Positions 13,912 to 27,652 of a stretch of 64,000 nucleotides of DNA are shown here, piece by piece; the stretch's first letter is position 1, and the number at the start of each line of letters is the position of its first letter. A model generated the notes under the pieces. That model was not told the origin of the DNA, did not search any database, and worked only from the letters and a program-made list of their open reading frames with translations. Origin of the DNA: the human T2T-CHM13v2.0 reference genome, Homo sapiens; NCBI GenBank assembly GCA_009914755.4, contig CP068257.2:17792001-17856000 (forward strand), written 5' to 3'. The translations under genes and the position numbers were made by a program.

Positions 13912-16900
13912 TTGAGCAACATTAATTAAACATATACTATATTTGTCAGAAATTCAGTTTATTACTACAGGAATAAAGCCAATGGGTTATGGTGCTCAAA
14001 TTTCTCATGTTCTTAGTTCAGTTCCTCTACAATATTTGACTAAGTATATATTCTGATAATTAAATATTCTAATAGAGACAGTATCTGTAGCACACGTACC
14101 TCTAATTTTAAATAATTGCAATGCAAATAATAATTTATAAATAAACATATTATTTCATATATCAGTGACTATTCAGAAAATACTTGGTTATGATTACAAA
14201 CTTCTTTCATTTTGCAATGAAAATGAGTAATGAAACATTGGTGAATGTATTTTAACACAGAAATACCTCTTGCAAGTTGTTATTTGAATAATTCAATATC
14301 ATTAACAGTTTAAAGTTTCATTGGCTCTTTCTACTGTATAGTTGAACTTTCATGATTAATAGGAAAGGACTCCATGTTGCCAAATATAACTCAGCCAATT
14401 ATAACATTTGAATTAAAAAGTGAGTTTTATTTCAATTTTCTTTCAAGTTAATTCTGATTTAAGATTTTATTTTCTTCTATAATTAGTTTAAGTAGGTGTT
14501 TTTGCAACACACATTTAATTATTGTAACGAATAACTAAATTTTAATAGAAGAAATTGCATAGTTTTGTTCTGGAACAACAGTTTTTAATGTCAAATTAAT
14601 GATTTATACATGTATTGCGTATGCATACTTTAATAATGGTAGAAATTGACATTTTTAATTTTATGTATGAATTCTATATTCTAAATTTTGCATGAATTTG
14701 CATTGACATTTAAATCTAGAGTTTATCATATGGAATGCTCAATAATGTAAAAATAATACATTTATTTTTAGTTTTTTTATGAAAGCCTTATCCTTAGGAT
14801 ATATAGATAATCAAAATAATAAGAACTATCATTATTGCTTTTATGTATTTCCACTAAAAATAAGGCAGTTTATATCTATCTAGTATTTATCATAGACATG
14901 GTTACTTGTGTGTTAATTTTATTATTTTCTTAATCTCAAAAGTGATACATGGATACCCAAGTAAAGTTACATGAAAGCAGCTAAGCAATTTTTTAATGAT
15001 CAGCAGAAAACCAAGTTTAATGTGAATAAAATAAAAAGCAGTGATAAATAGGACAAAAGAGGGGGAAGACGAAATCCTGAATGGCTATTACAAAAGACTC
15101 CCAACACAGGACATTAAAATGGGAGCCACTGATGAGTTCAACAGATTCCAAGGATTCACTACTATCTTTAAATCTGTTGCTAACCTCAGGGAATATTTAT
15201 TTATTTATTTATTGTCGGGGGGTGTTTTTTCCTTTTCTGATAATTAGGTGGAATGATTTACTGCTGAAACTGAAAGAATACAGACAGAGCAAGAAAAGCA
15301 CACCAGGATTTCATATAAACAGGGAAAAAATCTGAAGAGAAAAGGCATACAAATATTTCTCTACTATCTGGATAAACAAACATGCTTTGTGCAGGAAATG
15401 TAACAAATTAACAGATGAGGAACAGTAGCAAAATATTCCAAGAAGTATTGACACAAATATAGTTGAGTTACTCACAACATTCAAGCTACAGAAAAGTAAA
15501 TAAAACTGTTGACTTTTAACTAGAGGGAATCAAACTCCATTAAATATAATGCAATGATAGTAAAGGAAAATTAATTTGATAATAGATTATTTGGTGAAAG
15601 TTGATTATGTTAAGCATAATACAAATTCTTGAAATATATTACAAACACGAAAATTTAAAATTATCTAGCACATAGAAGAAATGCAAAGAATCCATCCGAG
15701 AAGGAACGAAAGAAGATAATACTGCTCTTCAACATTGCAGTGACAGTATTAGATCACTGAGGCAGAAAACTATCAAAGATATTTGGGACCTGAACTCAGC
15801 ACTTGACCAAATGTACTTAACATACATATATAGAATTTTCCACCTAAAAACAACAGAATATATATTCTTCTCATGTTCACATAGTACATACTCTAAAATC
15901 GACCACACAATTGGCCATGAAACAATTCTCAGCAAATTAAAAAAAATAAATAACACCAATCACCCGCTCAGACCACAGCACAATAAAAACAGAAGTCAAT
16001 ACTAAGAACATCAAAACCATACAATTACATGAAATTAAACAACCTGCTCCTTAATGACTTTGGGGTAAACAATGAAATTAAGATAGAAAACAAGAAATTC
16101 TTTGAAACGAATGAGAACAAAAATACAACTTACCAGGATATAGCTAAAGCAGTGTTAAGAGAAAAGTTTTTAGCACTAAAAGCTCACATCAAAAAGTTAG
16201 AAAGATATCAAATAACAACCTAACATGACACCTAGTAGAGCTAGGGAAACAAAAGCAAACCCACCCCAAAGCTAAGAGAAGACAAGAAATAACAAAACAT
16301 CAGAGCTGAACTGAATGAAATTGAGATCTAAATACAAACAAAAGATCAAAAAATCCAGGCAGTTTTTTGAAAGAATAAATAAGATTGATAGACTTCTAGA
16401 ATAATAAGGAAAAAAAGAGAGAAGATCCAAATAAACAAAATCAGAAATGTCAAAGGTACCAGTGACTCCATAGAAATACAAAATCCCTCAAAGACTGCTA
16501 TGAACACCCCTATGCATATAATCTAGAAACCTAGAAGAAATGCATAAATTCCTGGAAATATACAATCTCCTAAGACTGAAACAGGCAGACATTGAATCCC
16601 TGAAAAGGGATTGAATGAGTTACAAAATTGATTCAGTGGCAAAAAGCACACTAACCAGAAAAGGCCCAGGACCACACAGATCCACAACTGAATTCCACCA
16701 GATGTAAAAGAAGAGTTAGCGCCATTCCTACAGAAATTATTCCAAAAAACTGAGGATGAAGGACTTCCCTAACTCATTATATGAGGCCTGCATCATTCTG
16801 ATACCAACACCTGGCAGAGGCACAACAATAAAAAAAGAAAACTTCAGGCCAATATCCTTGATAAACATAGATGCAAAAATCCTCAACAAAATACTAGCAA

Positions 16901-17460
16901 ACCAAATCCAGGAACACACCAGAAAGCCAATCCACCATGATCAAGTAGACTTTATCCCTGGGATGCAAGGGTGATTCAACACATACAAATCAATAAATGT
17001 TATTCATTGCATAAAAACAACTAAAACAAAGCCCATATGATCATCTCAATAGAAGCTGAAAATGCTTTTGAAAAAATTCAACATTGTTTCGTGTTAAAAA
17101 CCCATAACAAACTGGCACTGAAGGAACATATCTGAAAATAATAAGAGCCATCTATGACAAACTCAGCCAACAGCATACTGAATGGGCAAAAGCTGGAAGC
17201 AGTTCTCTTAAGGACCAGAACAAGACAAGGAAGCCCACTCTCACCTCTCCTATAGAAGAAAATACTGGAAGTCCTAGCCAGAGCAATCAGGCAAGGGAAA
17301 GAAATAAAATGCATCCAAATAGGAAGAGAGGAAGTCAAACTAACCCTGTTTGCAGATGATACGATTCTATACCTAGAAAAAAACATAGTCTCTGCCCAAA
17401 AGTTTCTAGATCTCATAAACTTCAGAAAAGTTTCAGGATACAAAATCAATGTACAAAAAT

Positions 17461-17514
17461 TTCTGTACACCAACATTTCTATACACCAACATTGCTGCAT
17501 TTCTATACACCAAC
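17461..17514 (+). repeat. Local triplication of a ~16-bp L1 ORF2 motif ('ttctNtacaccaaca') inside the L1
   Basis: 'ttctgtacaccaaca tttctatacaccaaca ttgctgca tttctatacaccaaca'. Canonical L1 has one copy ('...cattcttatacaccaacaacagacaaacagagagccaaatcatg'). Confidence 0.7.
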
Positions 17515-18030
17515 AATGCCTGGCCTGAAAGCCAAATCAAGAATGCAATCCAATTTACAATAACCACAAAGAGAATAAAATATCTAGGAATACAGCTAAC
17601 TAGGGAGGAGAAAGATCTCTACAATAATTACAAAACACTGCTAAAAGAAATTAGTGATAACAAACAAGTGGAAAAACATTCCATGTACATTAATAGGAAG
17701 TATCTAAATTGTTAAAATGGCCATATTTTCCAAAGCAATTTACAGATTCAATGCTATTACTATCAACCTACCAATGACATTCTTCACAGAATTAGAAAAA
17801 TCTATTTTAAAATTCATAAGAAACCACAAAAGAGCCTGAATAGCCAAGGCAATAGGGCAATAGTAAGCAAAAAACACAAAGCTGGAGGCATCATGTTACT
17901 TGAATTCAAACTGTATTACAGGACTAGAGTAACCAAAACAGCATGGTACTGGTACAAACACAGACACATAGACCAATGGAACAGAATAGAGAAATAATGC
18001 CGCACAAGTACAACCATTTCATCTTCAACA

Positions 18031-18071
18031 GAACAAAAAAAACAAAAAACAAAAAACAAAAAATAAAAAAA
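18031..18071 (+). repeat. (CAAAAAA)n-like simple repeat expansion inside L1 ORF2
   Basis: 'cagaacaaaaaaaacaaaaaacaaaaaacaaaaaataaaaaaacaagcaatgggg' replaces the canonical 'gacaaacctgagaaaaacaagcaatgggg'. Confidence 0.7.
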
Positions 18072-21000
18072 CAAGCAATGGGGAAAGGACTCCACATTGA
18101 ATAAATGGTGCTGGATAACTGGCTATTCATACGCAGAAAATTGAAACTGGACACCTACCTTAAAGCACATACAAAAATCAACTCAAGATGTATTAAAGAC
18201 TTAAGTGTAAAACCTAAAACTATTCCCTGAAAAATAACAGGAAATATCATTCTTGTCCTAAAGGCCGTGACAAACATTTTATGATAAAGATATCAAAAGC
18301 AATTGCAACAAAAGCAGTAATTGACAAATATGACCTAATTAAACTAAAGAGCTTCTGCACAGCAAAACAACAACAAACCTCAAAGAGATAACCTACAGAA
18401 ATGGAGAAAATTATTTGTAAACTATGCATGTGACAAAAGTCTAATATCCAGAATCTATAAGGTACTTAAACAAAATAACAAGCAAAAACCAAACAACCCT
18501 ATTAAAAAGTGAACAAAGACATGAACAGACACTTTTCAAAAGAACACATACATATGCCCAACAAGTATGTGAAAAAATGCTCGACATCACTAATCATTAG
18601 AGAAATGCACATCAAAACTACAATGTGATACCTTTTCACACCAGTTAGAATGGCTATTATTAAAAAAATCAAAAATAACATATACTTGTGAAGTTGCAGA
18701 GAAGGAGGAATGCTTACACACTGCTGGTTGAAATGTAAATTCATTCAGCCATTGTGGAGAACACTGGCAATTTCTCAGAGAACTTAAAACAGAGCTACCA
18801 TTCAACCCTGCAATCCCATTATTGGGTATTGTTCTAACAATGAGGTTATTAGAACATAACAATAATTATAATTCTACAGAAAGACACATGTTCACGTATG
18901 TTCATCACAACACTATTCACAATAGCAAAGACATGGAATCATCCTAAATGCTCATCAGTGGTAGACTGGATAAAGAAAACATAGTCCATATTCACCATGG
19001 AGTTCTATGCAGCCATAAATCAGAATGAAATCATCTCCTTTGCAGTAGCATAGATGGAGCTGGAGGCCATTATTCTAAGTGAACTAATTCAGGAACAAAA
19101 AACCACATGCCACATGTTCTCACTTATAAATGGGAGCTAAACACTGGGTACACATGGATACAAAAAAGGGAACAACAGACACCAAGGCTTACTTGAGGGT
19201 GGAGTGTGGGAAGAGGGTCAGGATGGAAAACCTACCTGTTAGGTATTATGCCATTTACCAGGGTGATGAAATAATCTACATAGCAAACCCTTCTGACATG
19301 CAATTTACCTATGTAACAACCCTGCCCATGTACTCCTGAACTTAAAATTGAAAAAACAAATTCCTTTCTAATGCTTTAAAACTGGAAACACTTTAAATTC
19401 AACAAGAATTTAATTAGAGTTAACTAGTAAATAATAAAAAAAAGATTGAGATAAAAGAGACATTGGTGAGTTTACAAAAACAAATTGAGAGACAAAACAC
19501 TATCATTATAGGAAATCAAATAAATGAAGAAAAAGCTGGAACTCTTACATATATGACAGGGTTAATAGGAAAACAATTACAGTAAATTTGAAGAAAAACT
19601 GAAATAGAAAATTTCCTAAGGTGTAATGCATGAAAGCTTTAGGAATGGCAGGAACTTTAGGTGAAGCTCCAAATAACATCCAACATTTATATAAATAAAT
19701 AAATCAAACAAACAAAAGTTGACATAGAACTTTCAATAATACAAGTTATTCTGTAGAATTCAAGAAGTCCTTAATAAGTAATAAAGAAAAGAAGAGTTCA
19801 TGTGTTTTGGTGGTTGGTAAAGGCAGAAATAAGCATGGCATCAGTTTTCTTCATAGGAGCTTTCAAAGTACCAAGACAACAGAAAAATGTTTACAAAATT
19901 CTCAGGAAAAAATAAAAGAGCATGAACCAAGAATACTATTCTCAGCTAATGCTTAAATAATAAATTAATAAGCAAACATTCTCAATTGCTGAATAACTCA
20001 AACATGGAGAGAGAGACTTCTGAGTGATAAGATTTAGCCAGTTAAGAGAGCAATTCAAATTTGAAATTCCCTGAGTTCCCCTCCCAAAAATTGTTCATCA
20101 CCATATCACTTATCCATTGTTTGTAACAAATTACTCCACCACTTAGCAGCCTAAGAAATATCACACATGCATGTTTACCCACTTTCTGTGCATTAAGAAA
20201 ATTGGTATATCTTAGCTGGGTCCTTCACTTTAAAGTTCTCTCAGGCTGCCATCAGAGTACTGGCTGAGAATCCATAATCCAAAAATCCAAAATCTGAAAT
20301 GTTCCAAAATCTGAAACTTTTTGAGTGTCAATGTAATGCCACAAGTGGAGATTTCCACACATAGGTACTTAACAGAAACTTTGTTTTATGCACCAAATTT
20401 TTTAAAATACTGTATAATACTACCTTCAGAGTATGTGTATAAGGTTGATATATTTTAGCTCTGTGTCCCCACATCCTATCACTTTGGGTGTATTCTATCT
20501 GTTTGGAAATAGTCACTAGGTCCAAACCAGCCCTAAAGAAAGGATATTATTTAAGAAAGAGGATATTACAAATAGTGGATCTTTAGGAAGTGTTTTACAA
20601 ATGGCCTTCCATAATCTACTGCAGATTCACCATTACATTGAGAACTACTAGAAATCTTAGGTAAAATAATAAAAACAAATCTTTTTGAGGGCATTAGAGA
20701 ATTTTCAATGCATCAAAGAATTGTAGGACTGATATTCCAATGAGAAGGGACACACAGATAATTGAGTTTAATATTCAGCAACATTTTGATGAAAAAATAA
20801 AAAAAAACTAAGCAGAGATTTTCACAAATTGTCAGAGTTAAGAAAAAATATTAACATTCAAGTACCATCTAGGAGGAGAGACTTTGTTTACACACACCAG
20901 ACTTTTAGTTTGCAACTCACAGAACTACATCCTAGGAGTAAGAGAAAGCCACAAGTAGAATGGCCCAGTGTTATAAAATTCTAGTATCTAATACAAATGA

Positions 21001-24000
21001 AATAAAAGTTTTGAAGTAAAGGCAAAAGCAAACTTGGAAGATGGAAGTATAATTGGAAAAATAGGTAAAAGCATTTTGATTACAGAACAGGTAATTTTTT
21101 CTCAGTCAAAATTAAACTGCTATGCAGAAACCTCAACTTATTTCAAAAATTATATGTTGAAATATAGGCCAAACTAATCACCTTAGAAATAGACATACAA
21201 AAATATAATTTGGGTGAGTTGCTTCACATAAAAAGAATTTTCTGTATTCTAATAAAAACTGCAATCAAATTCTCATAAACCAAGAAATGTACATAACCAT
21301 TGCAGTTCATTGTGTTAGAAGTTCACTTACACAAAATTTCAGAATAAATGTCTACCTGAATAGTTCGCCTCCATTACGTCCTAACCAGTTTGAATTTTGT
21401 TTTGTACATTTACGCAGTTGTGCTTAAGTATTTATACTGGAAATGCTATAGTGTGTTTTCCTGTTTATATTACGCACATAGACAAGGTGGAGATATATAA
21501 CAAAATCGAGACTTATGTCACCAAAATCTTTGTAAAATACATCAGACATATTCAAAAAAAGAAACAATATTCACTGTCCCACTAAGCACTTCGTACAATT
21601 CATAACTGTCTGAAAATTACAAAATTAAAACTATAATCATGCCATTCAGAGCCATTCAATGTTCATCTTCTCACCTGCAGTGATGGGAGAGAAAAGGAAT
21701 AAGTTCTGTTCAAATGAAACCTAGTTTCATAATTTTGTCATCTAAGCTAACGCTACATAATATCTCAGGAATCTTTCTAAATTATCAGTTTACATTTCTT
21801 CCACTTATAAGTCATATATATAAAATTAGCACCCATGAGGAACAACCACGTGCCAAAAATCTATCCATTTTGCCATAAAGTGTAGTCTTTTTCCAATTCC
21901 CTCTACCAGGATTTTCTGGGATTTCACAAATATGCTTATCTATTTCACATGGTATCTTTATGGCTCACATCAACTGAGCAGCAGTATACTTACTCCACAC
22001 TACAGTCTTTTCCACTTTCTACTGACCACTGCTTGCTGTGTTTTAAATTCTCAGGCCTCCAACATTTACCTCCATGATGCGTTTCCACAAGACTCATCAT
22101 GAATCACCTTTCCCATCCCTTGATTCCTTAAAACTCAGCCATCACTAGATTGTAATTTAAAAACGATGAACAATCAAAGAAAAAACAAACAAATATTTAG
22201 AAATAAATAATAGCATGTCATCATAATGAAGTAAGAATTAGTTATTGTTGGAGCCCATTGACTCATATCATCAGAATCACTTGCTGAACTTCATATTGTG
22301 AAGAAACCTGACCCAAGGCCGCCAACCGGTTGTCCTTGGGAATAGGAGAAAATCCGTTTCCTCCCAGCTGAAGGCCTGCTTTTTCACTCTTTGCTGTCTG
22401 AAGTACTGGAGGATGAAATGTCTATTTTCTCAGAAAAAAATCAAAATCCACTCTCCCCTGCCTCTGCCACCTCAGACTGTGTCTCATATCTGTGCCTCAG
22501 ACATGACCATTCCCTAAACTGCAGGATAGCTTTAAAAGCTGGTTTATTCATACTTACACAGCATTTTTGTTGAGGGGGTAAACAGAAATCTAATTCCATA
22601 TGTTTCTTAGGCTCTTTTATGGTGTTCCTTTAGTGTCATGGGGAGAAAAACTCAGGCTCGCGTTCCCTTTTAATATGGTGTGGATTTCTAACTTCTTGTG
22701 AGCAAAGGCTTCTACAACAACACAAACCCTTCCCTGGAAAGATGATGTTCAAGAATGTATTAGTCTGAGTTTTCCATTCAGAGAAACTGACAAACATAAA
22801 AACAAGCACATCTTTTGTTTAATTCTCAAATGAAGTAGTTTTGAAAATATATCTAATTTATAATAAAATAACTCTTTTGATTATGTCTTTCATTTTCTGA
22901 CCTATAAGAACCCTGGGTTCTTAATGTGTGATGAAGCCTGAATAAATTAGGAGAGTGCCTTGACAAAAACCTGGGACATGACTGCCCAGGTATATACTGT
23001 TATTGCTTTCTATGAAAATAAAATTAGTATCAAATAACTTTAATCTAAGGGAGACTAAAGAAGGTAGACCTCGTATATTGGTAAACATGTAGCCTCAGGT
23101 AACACTGAAAATAACAAAATACTTGGTTTGGGCACTAAAGGGAAAGATAAAATGACTATTTTAAGTATAGACCTGAGATCTTGAACAAATTTATATCCAC
23201 AATCATTGGTTTCTTTGCTAAAAGAGTAGAATTATCACCAGAAAAAAATCCAAGGTATGATGACTCCTTTATCTATTAGGCTATGTGATTTAAAAGGATA
23301 TTGTACATGTTTGGGATCAGTAGAATTTTTGTGGGTTTAGCCAGAGACATGATCAGGCTCTTTCTGTTCTTGTCTTTCCCAACTAATCGTTTGCATCTGA
23401 GGTTTCCACTGATATATGACCTGGTTGGTGTAGTACTGAGAGATCTAGGATTTTATTCCTGTAACTATTCTCAATCTCTCTCAATTTCTGTCTTCGGCTT
23501 TGGAAAGTTTTATAAGCACTAATAGTTGAGTCAAAGGCTTATAGTTATTTATGCAGGATTTTTCATGGCTCTGATGGGTTTTGTTTCAGTAAATAATTGA
23601 GATTCTGGGTTTTCTGGCCACATAGGAGGGTATGCAAACAGGTCAAAATGAAGGGTAGAAGGAGAGGTAAATAAAGGAGCATAAGACGGGAAAACAAAAA
23701 TTGTGAGAGAAAGGTTATTGGGTTAAGTTTTTCAAATTTTTAATTTGTTTTGGTTAAAATGTCTTTTAAGAAAACAAATGTAAAATATGCATTTTCTTTG
23801 GAACCTTCTTCATACCAAGACAAATAGAAGACAATGGGATGTTTTGCTTCCTTTTGGTCGCCAAATGCCTTTCAAATGGCAAAAGAAAAGATTATGTAAA
23901 AAAAAAAAAAATCCCGAAGATATCACCAGGAGCTTAAATTACCTGGAAAAACTATGACATATAGAAAGAGGCATAGAGAAATGTGGCTTATAATGTGATT

Positions 24001-25329
24001 ATGCATCATGAGCACAAGTGTAACCCACAGGACATGCATACTTAGACTGAATCAAACCTCTGAAAGTTTGGTAATAGTTGGCTCTAAGTTTTGTTTCTGC
24101 TTGTTATGTTTGGAGCTTGTAAACTAAGGTCTGCTTGTCTTAAATCCTAAACACAGCAACCTGTGAGTCCCAGGAGAAGGAAAGTCTGCAGGATGGACCT
24201 CTCCCAGAACCACACTCCCACTGACAAAACAAGACTAAACTAAGGAATGTTCTCGAATGTTTTTGATATGGAATTCAAAGGAAAATGTGTCCTGCAGTGA
24301 TGCTGATCTGAGAAGACCGCCTGAACACACTGGCCTGAGGATTGTGCTAAAGAGGAATTTCTTGTTTCCTCTACCAATCCTACTTCTTATAAACTTGTTC
24401 TTAGAGAATTATGACAAAGAAGACAGACAAGCACAAAAAGTAAGATTTTTAGTAATGAGGCAGGTATCCACCAAGAATAAAAATTTTTCTTGGCATGAAA
24501 GTCATGTCAACTCTGACAGTTCAATAGTACTCATATTCATTTGAATAGTCTTAATGTGCTGTGTGGCTGTATACGACTAACTTCTCACATATGACCTATA
24601 CATCCATGATTTATGTAAACAAATGCTTAAAAAAAAGTACCAGAAAGGTACACACTCAAAAAATAAAGATACATACAGCTAGTGTGACAACTGGCAACAA
24701 AGATGGTGATCATAGAAAACTGTCTTCATTTTTGTATTCTGAAATTTGTATTTTAGTAATATTTATATTTTGATGGTGTAATTAAATGTAAATATATATT
24801 TAAATTTACTTTTTCTGGGCTATTATTTCTTTGTACTGTCCTATAGAAGTTATAATTAAACCATGTAGTGAGTAAATTTTTAATTAAAAAATTAATCGTT
24901 CACAAAAATGATTTTTTCTGAACTATCATTATTAATATTCAAACTTAATTATCTAAACTCTATTAAGCCAAATTTTGTAAAAAGCATGTTCAAAATCCAA
25001 AAGCAACACAAATGCTAAAAAGTGACAATTAAAATAGATTTAGTATAGATGTATTTAAATAACAAATATTAAAACTAAGGTTTCAGTCTCATGTGGGCTG
25101 AATGTGGTTTCTCTTAGTAAGTAAATCAAAAGGTTTATAGCTTAATTTTCCAATATCTTTCATGACTCACAGATGTTTCATAGAAACTTTGGTTTGTTTC
25201 CTGATGTGTTAAGTTGGCTATATTATATTTCTTTAAATTAATGTGTATGTATAATATATATGTGTATTTTTATTCTCATATACATTTTAACACATGAGAG
25301 TTTGGGTGTTAATAAAGATTTATATGTGC

Positions 25330-26050
25330 ATTGGTTTGCTTTGGCTGCCATAACAAAGTACTTAGTGGCTGTATTAGTCCATTTTCAAGCTGCTGATAAA
25401 GACATACACAGGACTGGGTAATTTACATAGAAAAAGAAGTTTGACGAACACAGAGTTCCACATGGCTGGGGAGGCCTCACAATCATGGCGGAAAGCTAAA
25501 GGCATGTCTCACATGGTGGCAGGAAAGAGAGAAATGAGAGCCAAGTGGAAGAGGTTTCTCCTTATAAAACCATCAGATCTTAGGAGACTTATTCACTACC
25601 ACAAGAACAGTATGGGGGAAACCACTCCCATGACTGAATTATCTCCCACAAAGTCCCTCCCACAACACATGGGAATTATGGGGGCTACAATTCAAGATGA
25701 GATTTGGGTGGGGATAAAGCCAAACCCTATCAGTGGCTTAAACAATAGAATTTGATTTTCTAATAATTCTGGAGGAGAAATTCAAAATCAAGGTGTCACA
25801 GCTTTGTTTTTTCTGACGTCTCCCTCTTTGGCTTGCACATGGCCACCTTCACTGTGTGTCCTTAACTGCTGTTTCTCTGTCTATATGCATCCCTGGTATC
25901 TCTCTTGAATGTCCTAATCTCCTCTTCTTACAAGGACATCAGTTTTATTGTATTAGGGCCTGCTTTGACAGCCTCATTTATAACTTAATTCATTAATGGC
26001 CCTGTCTCCAAATACAGTGCTTCTGATGTACTGGTGGCTAAGGCTTTAAT
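25330..26050 (+). mobile_element. Older MaLR LTR (MLT1/MST-like), plus orientation, interrupted by the THE1-type LTR below
   Basis: Left part 'tttggctgccataacaaagtacttagtggct'. Right part, resuming after the insert, 'gtggcttaaacaatagaatttgattttctaataattctggaggagaaattcaaaatcaaggtgtcacagc...gtcctaatctcctcttcttacaaggacatcagttttattgtattagggcctgc...ctgtctccaaatacagtgcttctgatgtactggtgg'. This matches the recalled 'ggctgccataacaaaataccacagactgggtggcttaaacaacagaaatttattttctcacagttctggaggctggaagtccaagatcaaggtgtcagcag...' LTR family. The family name is from memory and uncertain. Confidence 0.5.
25371..25732 (-). mobile_element. THE1-type (MaLR) solo LTR nested in the MLT1-like LTR, flanked by a 5-bp TSD 'gtggc'
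   Basis: Reverse complement of the THE1 LTR consensus: 'tgtattagtccattttcaagctgctgataaagacatacacaggactgggtaatttacatag...cacaatcatggcggaaagc...gggaattatgggggctacaattcaagatgagatttgggtggggataaagccaaaccctatca'. 'gtggc' sits immediately on both sides (25365-25369 and 25733-25737). Confidence 0.8.
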
Positions 26051-26105
26051 ATATTAATTTTGAAATAACCCAAATTCACACTGGTGTGTTTTAAAAATAT
26101 ATTTA

Positions 26106-26393
26106 CTGGGCATGATGGCCTATAATCCTAGCACTTTGGGAGGCTAAAATGGGAGGACTGCTTGAGTCCAGGAGTTTGAGATCAACCTGGACAACATAGT
26201 AAGACTCCATCTCTGCAAAAAATAAAAATTAAAAGTTAGCCAGGAATGTGGGCATAGTTCTGCAGTCCTAGATACTTGGGAGGCTGAGGTGGGAGGATCA
26301 CTTGAGCCTGGGAATTTGAGGTTGCAGTAAGCCGTGATCATGCTATTGCAGTCAGCCTAGGCAACAGAGTGAGATCTTGTCTCAAAAAAAAAA
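26106..26393 (+). mobile_element. Alu SINE (older, diverged)
   Basis: 'ctgggcatgatggcctataatcctagcactttgggaggctaaaatgggaggactgcttgagtccaggagtttgagatcaacctggacaacatagtaagactccatctctgcaaaaaataaaaattaaaagttagccaggaatgtgggc...gtctcaaaaaaaaaag'. Confidence 0.93.
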
Positions 26394-27344
26394 GATGGAT
26401 AATTATGTAACTAAAATTAAATGTATTCACTGTAGCTCAATTACATAATAGAGGAAAGACATGAAAAAATAATCTGTAATTCCAACACTTTAAAATAGAT
26501 ATAGACAAATATGACATATTTAATGACATAAAATAATGCATTTTGTGGTTATGTAAACAGTGCCCTAGAGTTAATTTTAGGTAATGTACAATGTTTTACT
26601 ACTATATACACATGTGTACATATATGTATCTCTTTCTACAATATGTCTATATATAATTAGTCCATATTTCATATCATTCTTCTTCTAACTTGAAATGTAT
26701 TTATAATTGGCTAATCATTTTTTCACAGTGTAAGAATAATTCATACTGTTAGAATAATTAATTGGGAGACTATTAGACTGACTTGGCTCTAGGTTTTAAC
26801 TTAATCAAATCAAGACCCATTTCAGAATGAACAGTCATAGCCCAGGAAATCAAAACTTAAGTGTAACGAATCAGAAACTACCAACTGCCCTTTAACTAGG
26901 GACTTTCCCAATCAGAAACTGCCAAATAACTTCTAACAAGGGACTTTCCACTGTAATCAATCAAATATTTCCTTTGAACACCTTGTTCCATGAACACCTT
27001 ATAAAAGTTTTTCCTTCACATTCCCTCATGGAGGCCTGGACCACTGTACTGCCTAAATCATCAATAAACATTTGTTCATTTGTAAACACTTTAACATTTT
27101 AATGCACCCATTTTGTTTTAACAGTTTTTATATCAGCATTGTAGGCATAGCTATTTTATCATATTGAGGTACTACAGCTCTTGAAAGTAGCAAAGAAGTA
27201 AGAATGACACAGTTCATATCAAAAATTAAAGAAGTATGGATACTTTCGTGGGGATCAAAGGAAACTAAAGAAGCGCTTAAAACAATCACAAATGTCGCAG
27301 TGTAAACCATCATGAAGAACTAAATAATTGTTTAATATAGAAAC

Positions 27345-27652
27345 CGGCCGGGCGTGGTGGCTCACGCCTCTAATCCCAGCACTTTGGGAGGCTGAGGCGG
27401 ACGGATCACGAGGTCAGGAGATCGAGACCATCCTGGCTAGCACAGTGAAACCCCGTCTCTACTAAAAATACAAAAAAAAAAAAAAATTAGCCGGGTGAGG
27501 TGGTGGGTGCCTGTAGTCCCAACTACTCGGGAGTCTGAGGCAGGAGAATGGCGTGAACCCCAGGGGGCGGAGCCTGCAGTGAGCCGAGATCGCGCCACTG
27601 CACTCCAGCCTGGGCGACAGCGAGACTCCGTCTTAAAAAAAAAAAAAAAAAA
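27345..27652 (+). mobile_element. Young AluY-like SINE (many CpGs retained) with 18-nt poly-A tail
   Basis: 'ggccgggcgtggtggctcacgcctctaatcccagcactttgggaggctgaggcggacggatcacgaggtcaggagatcgagaccatcctggctagcacagtgaaaccccgtctctactaaaaatacaaaaaaaaaaaaaaattagccgggtgaggtgg...gagccgagatcgcgccactgcactccagcctgggcgacagcgagactccgtcttaaaaaaaaaaaaaaaaaa'. Confidence 0.95.

Larger units (their letters stand above)
15690..19358 (+). mobile_element. 5'-truncated primate LINE-1 (L1PA/L1PB-like): distal endonuclease region, reverse transcriptase, ORF2 C-terminus and 3'UTR. 5' boundary uncertain; diverged L1-like sequence may extend upstream to about 15040.
   Basis: Collinear with the L1 consensus over about 3.6 kb. 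ORF 16756..16974 translates to '...[45 protein letters not shown]', the L1 ORF2p RT motif region. The 3' end reads '...cctatgtaacaaccctgcccatgtactcctgaacttaaaattgaaaaaacaaa'. Multiple frameshifts and stops show it is inactive. Confidence 0.85.

Noticed and set aside
20280-20480. Motif 'ccataatccaaaaatccaaaatctgaaatgttccaaaatctgaaactttttgagtgtcaatgtaatgccacaagtggag...' reminiscent of a known human interspersed (probably DNA-transposon-derived) repeat
   Set aside because: I recognise the 'tccaaaatc.gaaa' motif but cannot place the family or boundaries from memory, so it is not reported as a feature. RepeatMasker would resolve it.
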